Shown: positions 21,491 through 32,954 of the stretch, piece after piece
Numbering within the stretch: the first letter of the stretch is position 1
Layout: every line of letters begins with the position of its first letter
NCBI GenBank assembly: GCA_051294905.1
Contig: CM119373.1
Location: 4,836,001-4,900,000, forward strand
Length of the DNA stretch: 64,000 bases
Origin: Botryllus schlosseri
Taxonomy: Eukaryota
Reading direction: 5' to 3'
Made by a program: the position numbers and the translations under genes
The notes under the pieces: generated by a model
Seen by the model: only the letters and a program-made list of their open reading frames with translations
Told to the model about the DNA's origin: nothing
The model's database searches: none

Positions 21491-24400
21491 CACATCTGAA
21501 CAAAATGTTGTTAAGTAGGCCTATCTTCATCTTCTTTATGTATAAAAATTTTCGATTACTTTGTGCGAATGAAATTTATTTTACAAAACAAGTGCGAATG
21601 GAGCTCAAAAAGGTTGAAAAGCACTGAGCTACTCATTGCTATCTATCATCCATCGGCACGACAACGTATGCGATTGATAGTCGATTAGCCGTGACCAGCG
21701 CAACACCATACTGAACTCGGGCATAGACGAGAGCGTTTCCCATAATGCAACTGGTTCGAATCGTACGTTTATTATTAATATAATCGCATTTACAAAGGCC
21801 ATGTTAAGGGAAGCGACCTTATCGGTGTGACGACGTGTAGTATGGCGAGCAAGAACGAGATAATTTATGTCGACCTATACTCGTAGTTACGCATCACTCG
21901 CTTGGTTTCGTCCGTATGTCGATTGTACATATCTACCGTTGTAGCTTCGTTGCAACGAAGGCAACAGCGGACGCGCTGCACTAACCGTCCGCTATCTATC
22001 GATTTAGAGCAGCCAGTTATTGATAGAGATAAACACGAGAGTAGGTGCGATTTGAATACAGTACTGAACTCGACTATAAGAGGTATCGACTGGACACGGG
22101 CGGACACGTTACATCTATGTATACGGACACAAACTGTCATAGAGTATAAATACCACCTGTTTGCATTATATTCCATCGATTTCATCGCACCTTGAAAGGC
22201 GTACTGTCCTTTCACACGATTAGGCACACTGCGGACATACGTTATATACAATAAGCAGACATGAATCCCTATATTGATATAGTACAAATCAAACCTTCGG
22301 TATGCCATTACGATCGGTAGTGACGAACGTATTTCAACAACGTCTACATTACAATCTACCATATTATGATATATATGGCGTATATGTCGAAGTGGCACAT
22401 TATATCACGACGCTACACATTCAATTATCGCTAAATTCGTCAAACTTGGATGGATGATGTATGCGCACTGCGCAGTGTACGATCTGACGAACGTGATATT
22501 TTGCAAGCACCTATGTCAATAATAAATACCCACAAACCAAGGTGATGCGATATCCATCTGTATTTGGGCGGACACTCCGATAGTGGCGCGATGGTTAGAC
22601 GAGAGCAGCACACCATTAACCGCGACTGTTCGCCACGTCCTTGAGAGCGCTATGTCGTCACAATGGTAAAACCACTGCCGAATGTTGATTAGTGTCATCC
22701 CATGTGAGCGAATGTACCACACTCACTGAATTCGCCATGGAAGACGACAGTATTCCGACAATTAGAGAATGTAATTTTCACTGCCCGCCGACCGACAATG
22801 AACTTGATAACGAAGGCGGCACGACAACGGATACTCAGTATGTTTAACTTTGTATACTACGTGCATAGACATAACAATGCTCTTTATCGATATGGTATAA
22901 AAGTTGGCTAGCAAGGATTACGATCGGAATACTCTGTTATTTTAAAGCTCGACCAACGACGCATGTTATTTTAAAGCTCGACCAACGACGCATCATCGGC
23001 CGAATGCGAGCGAGCATACAACACACAGGGAACACGCAGGTTTGGGCACATGGTGCACCGCTGAACTGTCATACATATACACGGTCATCATTAAATACAT
23101 CTTGCGTTTAGTTGGTATCCGCAGTGCACAGGGTTACCGGAGGCGAGCGACCGGGCCGAAGACGAGTCGTGAGCATTTACCATACGCTTATACTCATACT
23201 GCCATAGACTATCATATTCATACCAATACATTTGCATCGCTTCCCATGAATGCGAGCCCCCGCCCCAGCAATCTGGTCCCACTGCCGTAGCGGCGAATCT
23301 CGGTAAAGATGGTACGCCGTACTGGAACATAGAATTGTGGCAAATAGCAAATGCTCACCTATTTACTTTCAGACGTGGATGAATCCTATCATTACTGGGT
23401 GGAACAAGTCGACTCTATTTCCGGCCTCAAAATTATCATTCACAGAACTTCAAAGGCGACGCCACGATGAACTGATGAGCTGCTATTCCGTATTCTTCAT
23501 TCGTTAATATTGTTAATTATTACACCTATAAACTTGAAGGCGACTGTTGTACGATAGCACAAAGGGATGACCAACACAATGCCGACACTAACGCCAGGCC
23601 ATGCGAGCGTAAGTTTCATGAATGTTTGTGTTGGCTTTTGACCGTTTTCAGCGCGCGTTATTTAGTTAGGTGGCACGCGAGCACACCATAATACCTCAAA
23701 ATGGTACATGGGTGAAATAAGCTTGAAAACCACTGCATTCACATGAGCACCTGTACAACAATGACGAGGTCGCGAAACATGCGTATTGATAGTAGTTGTC
23801 ATAAGACGAAAACATGCTATGTGATGAGTAGCATCTAATTCCTGACATATATTTCGCCATGCTCAATAGTGGTGTGTACTCTCTGATAAGCGTCTACGAA
23901 TACGAGATAAGTGTATTGGTTTGATGCATTCAGTGTTATGCCATCATGGCCTCGAATATAAACCGGTTTTCAGTCACACGACGGTAAGCCGCTCCACCAA
24001 CGCACCCTTCGATGAGGGGCATGGCGTTACACTAGGGGCGACCAACCTGCGGCCGGATAAGGAAATTTGTGCAACCGTGCACACGTATTTCAATTAGTAT
24101 GTGTTGGCGGCCGGTGCGAATTTCATCCCATTTTTTTTATTTTGATCAATCTTAAACTTCAATTCCCATTGCGCGTGATTCAACGCGAATTCATGTTTCG
24201 ATGTCGATATAGCAGCGCCCTTTCAATCTGAGCAGCACGGTGCCGATGTTAACCGCCCCCGATAATGATGCGGCTCATACAGAAAGACCAACTTGGCAAT
24301 GTGTCACCATCACGAAAGAAAGTTGTTTTGGTGTTGCGTTTGGGTGACATCGATAAATGTCCAGCATACCGCCAATCGTAATGGCAGGTAAAAAAATAAC

Positions 24401-25807
24401 TCGACCTAAAGTTTCGAAAACACATCCTCCCTCAATTGTACCGGACCGGCGTAGGGTGCGATACGTTCGTATACTGTTTGTGGGGTATAGGATATGATAT
24501 GGGGTGCAGTGCTATATTATATGTGCCTACTCACTTATGTTGGTATGACACTTCGATCGTATGCATTTTGGCAGCCGACTGGTTGCAAGATATCAGCATA
24601 TTATGCTGTAAGTGAAATACAGCACCGAATATAAACACTTCGTGACTTGCTCACTGGCCGCGTGTTGGTGTTAGGATTCAGCAACGCCTCTGTATAGGTA
24701 AGGCGGCTATTTCGCACCCGTGAGATATTAGCATATTATGCTGTAATTGAAATACGGTACCAAATACAAACACCATGTGACTTGGTTGCTGGTCGCGTGT
24801 TGGTGACCTTGGCATGAGGATTATGCAACGCCTCTGTACAGGTAAGGTGCCTACTTCCTAGCCGTTCGTGTTTACATGAGAATGGGATCTAGAGTACCTT
24901 CGTACTGCAACGTTTTGTAGTAATAGGCCTACCACGATTTGTGGGTATGTCGTGTTTAATTTCAACAACAAAGTAAGAAACGCTTCAACCAGGAAAGTCA
25001 ATCGGTAAATTCAAGGCACACGCCTTCTACAATAATGTCTCCGTAACGGATCTCGCAATCTTCGCTCTGTGATATGTTGTGTTCATCGTCCACGTCTGTA
25101 ATGAACATTAATAGTCCGTGACTTGTTAACAACAAAAGTCATTGGTCCAAGACGTACCAGAGCATGTGACGATAACTGTTATGGCAAGCGACCTGACGTT
25201 GCTGACCACAATATCGTCCACGCATTCGGCTTCCCACGACGTACTGTGAAATTATCATGTGTATGCTAATATAGTTTGCAAAGTGACTACCTAATTTAGG
25301 AGACGTTATCCCTGTTACTATACAGAACATGAATGTTCACGATTTCCGTGCGCATATGAGTCAAACGTCAGTGAACTATCAATGGTCCACATGGTCAGTT
25401 TAACGTGGGTGTTTGGCGATAGCGCATTCTATATTTTTTTCGCCCCTGTATTCTAGGAGTTGACGTATAACTTCCGATATGCGGGTATTGGTGGGGTGGG
25501 AGATATGCAATAATTTACTCAGAACGCACGTATGTCTTGAAGTAATCACGTGGTAAGTTATCGGCGCGATATACTCCGTTTAAGGTAATATGCCGCGGAT
25601 GTTCGGTTTGTCACTACCGCAATGTGTCTATCACCGTATGATCATTAAATGGCCCTACCCACACATATACCTGCCCTAAATCACGTGCGTTGACAGGTCA
25701 CTCGACTAATTTGATTTGATGCGCACTGATTCACCTAAATGTCGATCACACACTACTAAGGACTACTTGAAAATCCAAAATGCATTCACGGGCCGCGCGC
25801 TTGATAC

Positions 25808-26096
25808 TGTAACAGTTACTTTAGACGATTGGAGTCGATTGTAGACTGCTACATTATTGTAAGGCTGCTCAGCGGTCTTGATGCTAACACGTCCCTCTTG
25901 GCATCTTTGTATCAGTCATTAAACGGTTTATGATATTTATTGGAAACGGTTAACAATAATTTAACTCGCTCTAAACGAAAAGAATATAAACAAATTAAAA
26001 CACGATCCTTCGGGAACCACAAATTTCCTGGGCCCGACACCGAAAACATGTGCGGGGAAAACCCCGGCACGTGACTGCAGTTATTCACCCGTTACA
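25808..26096 (-). repeat. 3' LTR of the BEL element
   Basis: TG...CA ends with TGTAAC/GTTACA inverted termini; near-identical to the reconstructed 5' LTR. Confidence 0.92.
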
Positions 26097-26368
26097 TTCT
26101 CCCCCTCAGATGTGCATATCGCAGAACATCGGGTCTAAACAATAGTATGGGTGAATACAATTTCAAACACTTGACTTTTTACTAAACAAAACTTGGCAAT
26201 GGGACGGCTCAATAGTCCATGGGAAGTCCTTCAAGTTCTTAGCCATCTGCACATATCCTTGCAGGAACAATGTTCAGATATACACCACGGGAACGATTTC
26301 GTTTCTCATTAAAATTTGTACTTGCAATCTTGGCATTTGAAACTGGATTTGTTTCCTCCCTTTTTCTT

Positions 26369-28591
26369 TCAGTTTTGTTCTTCTGATTGATGTAGATGCA
26401 GAAGGGTATGATGTCTTTTACCACAATCGGCTTCTTCACACCTAGATTGACTTTTACATACTTTTGCAATATGTCCTCGTATTAAGCAATTACAGCATAA
26501 CCCTGCGTTCTTCACAATCGCAACACGTTCTGCAGTCGGTTTGTCGATGAATATCTTGCATCTAGCTATTATATGATCACCTGAGCATGATGGACATGTA
26601 CTGTAGTTTCTTGTTCTTAGCACATTCCTATAAGGAGAGGTTTCTTGTTCTTTGTCGGTAATGACCGCATGGGTAGCATGTGAGTATACTTTCTTGTGGA
26701 TATGTTGTTTACCCGTGTCATCATTCTTTTTAGATTGCATTGCCTGATGCATTGACGAATTGGCAATCTTGGCTATTTTTGTCACAAATCTTAGCAAATC
26801 AAGAAATGTAACATCTTTCTGATTAGCTTCACATTCAGCTGCCACATCTTCCCAATTGCTGTGATATTTTGTTGGCAGTCGACATGATAACTTCACAATA
26901 TTATCAAAGGTATTCAAATCTTGAACCCGACATAAGTGTAGTGAAACGAGATAACACTCTTTCATCTTGTTCGCAAGGTCATTTAATGCACCAGCATCAT
27001 CATATTTAATAGGAGGTGCTCTGATTAATTCATCAAGAAATTTTCGTGAAATAATAATCGGGTTACCATATTGTTCGTCCAAAATTTCCATCGCTTTAGC
27101 GTAGCCTTCAGTTGGTGGGTACATGGAACAATGCTGAATCAATTCTTTTGGTTTTCCGTCACAGTATTGTTGCAACAATGCTAGACGTTTTCCATTGTCA
27201 AATATCTTCTCTACAACATTTACTTGAAATGACTCTCTGAACTGCGCATATTGGGTGATGGAACCACTGAATTTCATAATTTCAATTTTTGGAACATTCA
27301 TAGCAGAGGCTATTGCATTTGCCAAGTCAGTAGCAAAACTTGTATTATTTACTGACATTGAAACTTGTGGTGGTACTGCAGGAGCAGATAGAATAGGGAT
27401 ATCGTATTCTTTCGAGGCACATGCTTTGGACGGTGAACTGTTCATGATATAATTTCCAACTTCATGGTCCTCCTTTTGAGGAATTAAGCTCATAGGATCG
27501 ATTGGTGGAATGTCACTACTCATTGGAATGAAGGAATGTTTGATGTTACCTTCAGCTGTACTCTTGGATTTCGCAGTGGTATTCATCGGCATCGGCACTC
27601 CCTTAGTTTCTCTACTAATATATTCTTCATCAGCGTTTTCCCATATCTCTGCCTGCAAACATGCTGCTTCATATTTGTGCTGTAATTCCATAGCCCTTTG
27701 TTCGGCTTCTAATTCTCTTTGCTTGGTTTCTAATTCTCTTCGCCTGGTTTCTAGTTCAACCTTTTTTCGTAATTGGGATAATTCCAATTTTGCAAGTTCT
27801 CTCAAGGCAATAGCTTCTATCCGTCTTGTTGCAGTAGATGAATAACATAGTGATGAAAGACTAGATCCGTGTGATCTGTCAGATCTTTTGATATTAGTTG
27901 ATCTCTTACACCATTCCTGAACGTCATCCTTCATATCTTCATACATCCAATCATTGATATGTAATTTGGCTTCTTGAAATGCCTTGACTTCATTTTCATA
28001 CTCAAGTTTGATCTTCACTGTCTGATCTCCATCTTCATGGAGAAGACTTACACAAATGTTCTTTGTACATGAATACTCATCAAAGACTTTGTCAATTATT
28101 CTTGATTTCGATATCACCAAGCTTCTATTTTCTTTGTTAAGCATGAGATTCTCCACTTCTAAATATAGCTGCTGTAGGTTCTTGACCATCATTTGCAGCT
28201 TCATGATATTTGCATTGACATCTTGAGTCATCATGTGTTCTTGTTGCAAATTCATTGCACTTGTATTGGCAGCATGTGCCATCATGGTTTCTTGTTGCAA
28301 ATTCACTGCACTTGTATTGGCAGCATGTGCCATCATGAGTTCTTGTTGCAAATTCATTGCACTTGCATTGACATCATGTGCCATCATGGGTTGTTGTTGC
28401 AAATTCATTGCACTTGCATTGACATCATGTGCCATCATGGGTTCTTGTTGCAAATTCATTGCACTTGTATTGGCAGCATGTGCCATCATGAGTTCTTGTT
28501 GCAAATTCATTGCACTTGCATTGACATCATGTGCCATCATGGGTTGTTGTTGCAAATTCATTGCACTTATATTGGCAGCATGTGTCATCAT
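26369..28591 (-). CDS. gag: BEL/Pao Gag (DUF1759-type core, three C-terminal Zn knuckles), 740 aa from the ATG at 28591
   Basis: PKIEIMKFSGSITQYAQFRESF, LLQQYCDGKPKELI, AMEILDEQYGNP; CPSCSGDHIIARC, CCNCLIRGHIAKVC, CEEADCGKRHHTLLH; stop soon after the last knuckle, no pol. Confidence 0.92.
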   Translation of the reverse strand: MMTHAANISAMNLQQQPMMAHDVNASAMNLQQELMMAHAANTSAMNLQQEPMMAHDVNASAMNLQQQPMMAHDVNASAMNLQQELMMAHAANTSAVNLQQETMMAHAANTSAMNLQQEHMMTQDVNANIMKLQMMVKNLQQLYLEVENLMLNKENRSLVISKSRIIDKVFDEYSCTKNICVSLLHEDGDQTVKIKLEYENEVKAFQEAKLHINDWMYEDMKDDVQEWCKRSTNIKRSDRSHGSSLSSLCYSSTATRRIEAIALRELAKLELSQLRKKVELETRRRELETKQRELEAEQRAMELQHKYEAACLQAEIWENADEEYISRETKGVPMPMNTTAKSKSTAEGNIKHSFIPMSSDIPPIDPMSLIPQKEDHEVGNYIMNSSPSKACASKEYDIPILSAPAVPPQVSMSVNNTSFATDLANAIASAMNVPKIEIMKFSGSITQYAQFRESFQVNVVEKIFDNGKRLALLQQYCDGKPKELIQHCSMYPPTEGYAKAMEILDEQYGNPIIISRKFLDELIRAPPIKYDDAGALNDLANKMKECYLVSLHLCRVQDLNTFDNIVKLSCRLPTKYHSNWEDVAAECEANQKDVTFLDLLRFVTKIAKIANSSMHQAMQSKKNDDTGKQHIHKKVYSHATHAVITDKEQETSPYRNVLRTRNYSTCPSCSGDHIIARCKIFIDKPTAERVAIVKNAGLCCNCLIRGHIAKVCKSQSRCEEADCGKRHHTLLHLHQSEEQN
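28230..28591 (-). repeat. About 7 copies of a 51-bp coding repeat (17 aa, MMAH(A/D)(A/V)N(T/A)SAMNLQQ(E/Q)x) at the Gag N-terminus
   Basis: Directly visible periodic sequence. Confidence 0.95.
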
Positions 28592-28649
28592 GTATTCTTT
28601 TTGGTCGAAAGTTGTTATTGTTAACTTTAATGTAACAGTTACTTTAGAC

Positions 28650-31600
28650 CAGTGGTTCTTAACCTTTTTTCCTCCAGCGCCCCCTTTCAAAAATTATCGT
28701 GCTCCAGCGCCCCCCAACCTCATATTGTAAGGAATGTAATAAATACAATGAGTAAGAGGGAGGGCCGTAACAGCACTTCGTCAACCCCCCCCCCTAAAAC
28801 GATTGCCTTGCGCCCCCAAGAACCCCATAGCGTGATTTCGATGGTCAGCAGAGTTTGTGTGGCCTGGTCGCCCTAGGTACCAAAATTTTCTATAATGCAT
28901 GAATGAATAGGTGGTATATTTACATATATAAGTCGCTATAAACTCTTTATCCTCTCAGCCCACGTAATCAGATTTACCAGTAGCGCTTAGTGAGCTTTTG
29001 TATGGGAAAATAAAGGGCACGTAATTAATAATTAAACATATTCGGGCGTGCCCGTAGGTACAATTAATTCGTTTCCAGGGCGGTAACAGCACTTCGTCAG
29101 CCCCCCCCAAAAACGTTGGTCTTGGGCCCCCCATCGGGTGATAAACCAAACTTCCGAGGCGCTTTGCCCCCAGACCCCATTCGGCTATCCGCTATTTGCT
29201 GATACTAGTCATCTACATTAGGTGTCCATTTACTGAGGCAGCTATTCTCGCCTAGACGCGCGAAAAATTTCAGTAATTAATCATTGAATTAGTCAATATG
29301 ATCGGTAATTGCATGTATATTGAGATCAATTTTTATCCTCTCTCTGCTCACGTAAACAGATTTACCGGTAAAGCTGAGCGATGTGTGATTGAAAAGGTAG
29401 GACCCCTCAATAATAATTATACATCTTGGCGTATACCCGTTGGCAGGAACGAAACGGCACTTCGTCAGGCCCCGTAAAAAACCTGGGTCTTGGACTCCCA
29501 TTGGGTGATAAACCGACCGCCCCCCATCACGTTGTTCGCTTTTGCACGGAATCAGCTGTACGTTTTGGGAGCCAGTGCGAAGCGCGAAAACTTTCGATAA
29601 TTCATGATAAAATTGGTCAGTAGGATCGGGAATTGCATATATATTGCCATCAATTTCTTGTCCTCTCTGCTCACGTTACCAGATTTACCGGTAGAGCTGA
29701 GTGAGGTGCAATGTTTCCTCTAAGCTGTGCACGTACGCAGTGCTGACACGGTCTCTGCGCACAGAAAATCTACGTTGCGCACAACAAATCCGAAGTTATG
29801 GCCTTTTTTTAGTCGTTACGCACTGTTGTCCAAGGGTCAGCGCAGTGAGCTGTATAAAGCGAACATTGTGAGGTGTCTTGGTAACTGCAGGGCCCGTAAC
29901 TAATAAATAAACATATTTGGGCGGGCGAACCCGTTGGTATGACTTCGTTGCATGATGTTATTTCCAGAGGTGGTCACAGTAGTCAACAAAGCTACTCAAG
30001 TAGAAGTAGAAGTAGCGACGGAAAAATCTACTCAAGTACAAGTAGAAGTACTTCTTCCATAAGCTACCTGAAACTACTTGAAGTAGAAGTAGAATTGACT
30101 GACTTTAAATCTACTCAAGTAAGTAAGTAGTTGTGAAAACGATCGTAATTCGTTCGCATTGATTGTCAAAAACTGCAAATTGAGCTATGCGAAAGGTGCA
30201 GAGCTTGATTCATATTGATGCATACCAGGAGGCATCCAATTTTTGACAGCCCAAGCGTGTTCGTCCGCATAATGGGATGAAAATTATAGCATAGATATGG
30301 GAATCCGATACTAATCCTCTGTTCACTCGAACAGCACGTTTTAGAAAATATCATGGTATGGCACCCTCCCCCATATTATAAGGCCCGTAGCTTAGTTGAA
30401 GAGCGATTCGGCGAAGTTGTATCGGATACGGTGTAAGTAAACACTTTGCGCGGTTAGTAAACGTTAATAAAAAATATGGTTGATTAGAAAAATGCGATAT
30501 TGTGTAGCTTTATTTCGGGAAATTAAAGGCATTGCCCCACTTGCGTTTATATTTAATCGTGTACGTTCTTCAGACAAAAAACTGATACTAATTAGAACTC
30601 AAAATATGATACTGGGAATTGAAAGTGAAATATATACTACTTCTGAAAGTGGAAAATCTACTTCATGTCTTTAGTCCAGAAAGTTTCAAAGGCTGTATGC
30701 AAAAGCAGGTATAAAGCTAAAAAAAAGTCAGAGCCCACTGTTCCAGATCAGGACACTTCATGGAGTGCTAGACTACGATATAATAAATGCTAGATTGCGA
30801 AACATCAGTTTCAAACGCTATGATGGACCAATGGACCATATATACCGTGATGAAATATTTCATATGGGCGACAATGTGGTGTCAACGGAACCACGCAACC
30901 CGCTACCTAAATTATATTCACCGATATACTTTCGTGAAATCATATTGGTCGCTCCATATCCACCGTGCGCGAAGCGCGACAAAAATTCTGGGCTTACTCA
31001 ACTTTTCTAAAAATTAAATTTTGATACTCCATGAAAACAGCCCAGAAATTCCTCAGGCTATCTTCCTGATTGGAATATTAAACTACTTCTACTTTACAAA
31101 CTGAAAAGTAATAGGTAACAAAATATTATGAAGTAGAAGTAGAAGTAGCGAAAATTAGTTCTACTTGAGTAAGTACCAGAAGTAGAGGAAAACTACTTGA
31201 GTACTTCAAAAAAGTAAAAGTACTTCGTTACTGACCACCTCTGGTTATTTCGTGACCTCCTGTCTGCTATATCAAAAAATATAGAATCGTCCAACAGGAA
31301 TATCTAGTTTTAGATATCCCTGTCGCCCAATCGTACTAAACTAAAAGACGCACACGGTTTCAAATTGGTATTTCTTCACTGGCATATAATTTTTCCCTGC
31401 CAGATGGAATTCGTCTTCTGGGGTTCAGATTGCCAAGACAGGAACATTCGATGCCAGTCATTTAGGCGCCCATGGACAATTAATCCGATATGTATTTTGT
31501 AGGCTATACCTAACGAAGGTTTCGGTGTTAATTTGCTCTGAATACTCGTTAAGGATATGTCCTACCACCACATCATCTACTCTTTCTACTGCGAAGCCAT

Positions 31601-31730
31601 TTTTATCCAGCGCCCCCCATACCGCCCCCCTGAGCCCAACGCCCCCCATATCGCCCCCTGAGCGTTTCCGCCCCCTTCAAAATCGTCAGCGCCCCCTGGG
31701 GGGCGCTTGGGGCAAGGTTAAGAACCACTG
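28650..31730. mobile_element. Non-autonomous hAT (Buster-like) element inserted in the BEL 5' LTR
   Basis: TIR CAGTGGTTCTTAACCTT / AAGGTTAAGAACCACTG; TSD CTTTAGAC (28642-28649, 31731-31738). Confidence 0.93.
29965..31243. mobile_element. hAT MITE nested in the 28650-31730 element
   Basis: TIR CAGAGGTGGTCA / TGACCACCTCTG; TSD GTTATTTC on both sides; AGTAGA/TACTT subterminal repeats. Confidence 0.9.
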
Positions 31731-31888
31731 CTTTAGACGATTGGAGTCGATTGTAGACTGCTACATTATTGTAAGGCTGCTCAGCGGTCTTGATGCTAAC
31801 ACGTCCCTCTTGGCATCTTTGTATCAGTCATTAAACGGTTTATGATATTTATTGGAAACGGTTAACAATAATTTAACTCGCTCTAAAC

Positions 31889-32773
31889 CAGGGGTGGGCA
31901 ACATACGGCCCGCGAAGGGATTTTCTCCGGCCCGCGGACAGTTTTCCGTCTTATATGATGGTGTGGCCCGCGGCCCAAGTCATCATCCGAGATTCCCCAC
32001 TACTTGCTTACATACGTCAAATGTTAGTGACTGTATGTCATTATATATATGTATGCGCATTGCGCACTTGCGCAGCGAGCGAGGGTGGAGCTTATGCGTA
32101 AATCCGTCGAAGCGAGAGGACTTGTTGCATTATCAGCATTTACGATGTACTCAGCCCTAATGTAATTTGTGGTAATTATGATGGTGTTTGTCGACTAAAA
32201 TGCTCATTTACACGAGGCCGATATTTCTTATTTTTGATTCCATAACCGTCGACTTGTAGCACGGCACACTTCTAGGCTGTTGTAAGACACCGCTTATGCC
32301 AAGAGTAGCCAACTCAAAACGGGTCTGGGGCCACTTCTAAATTTCGTGGAAGCCGCGGGCCGCAAGAATTCAATATCGAGATAAAATAGGCCACATAGCT
32401 GAACAGTGAACAACCACGCTATGTAATGACTAAGGACTTGATATCTTGGTAAACTTGGGGAATACCGGGCTTATCGAACGCCTTGAAATCTTAATTAAGA
32501 ATTGCACCGTGTGTTGATTGATCAGGGAGAAGCAGTTATTATAGTGGTGCCTGTATGACAATGCTGTTCTCAAATCCATATTTTCTTCGACATTACTGGC
32601 GAGAAATGGCTTTGAAGTTACATTGCTGTCGTTAAAATACATTCATTAAATACGATTTATTCCTTGTATATGTGGATAAATGGGCGAATAATGTATCGAT
32701 TCAGCAATCCGGCCCGCCAAGTTCTTAATTTTCCTATATCCGGCCCGCCGACTGGAGAAGTTGCCCACCCCTG
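31889..32773. mobile_element. hAT (Buster-like) MITE, second insertion in the BEL 5' LTR
   Basis: TIR CAGGGGTGGGCAAC / GTTGCCCACCCCTG; TSD CTCTAAAC; GGCCCGC subterminal motifs. Confidence 0.93.
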
Positions 32774-32954
32774 CTCTAAACGAAAAGAATATAAACAAAT
32801 TAAAACACGATCCTTCGGGAACCACACATTTCCTGGGCCCGACACCGAAAACATGTGCGGGGAAAACCCCGGCACGTGACTGCAGTTATTCACCCGTTAC
32901 AGATGCATCTGAGCTACACATGTGCAATGTGCATGTGTTGTGCATACAGTATCT

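Larger units (their letters stand above)
2955..21626 (+). mobile_element. Non-autonomous hAT (Buster/Charlie-like) element, about 2.25 kb without the Polinton inserted in it
   Basis: TIR CAGTGCTTTTCAACCT at 2955 and its reverse complement ending at 21626; identical 8-bp TSD AGCTACTC (2947-2954, 21627-21634) with the central TA typical of Buster-type hATs; GTGCGAATG subterminal repeats at both ends. Confidence 0.92.
25808..32901 (-). mobile_element. BEL/Pao LTR retrotransposon, gag-only (non-autonomous)
   Basis: 289-bp LTRs TGTAAC...GTTACA at 25808-26096 and 28631-32901 (the latter split by two MITE insertions); polypurine tract GAGGGGGAGAA on - next to the 3' LTR; 5-bp TSD GATAC/GATGC (one mismatch). 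Confidence 0.92.

Noticed and set aside
21634-25807. Search for the missing HUH Rep domain of the PIF1 element upstream of the BEL insertion
   Set aside because: No convincing Rep motifs in the frames I read; only short ORFs and a duplication of about 133 bp at about 24597-24850.
28592-28690. First 33 aa of the 773-aa ORF-track protein (MKGGAGG...)
   Set aside because: The frame runs through the LTR into the inserted MITE; the plausible Gag start is the ATG at 28591.
28233-28730. Cys-rich 165-aa + strand ORF resembling a metallothionein or toxin repeat protein
   Set aside because: It is the antisense reading of the 51-bp Gag repeat.
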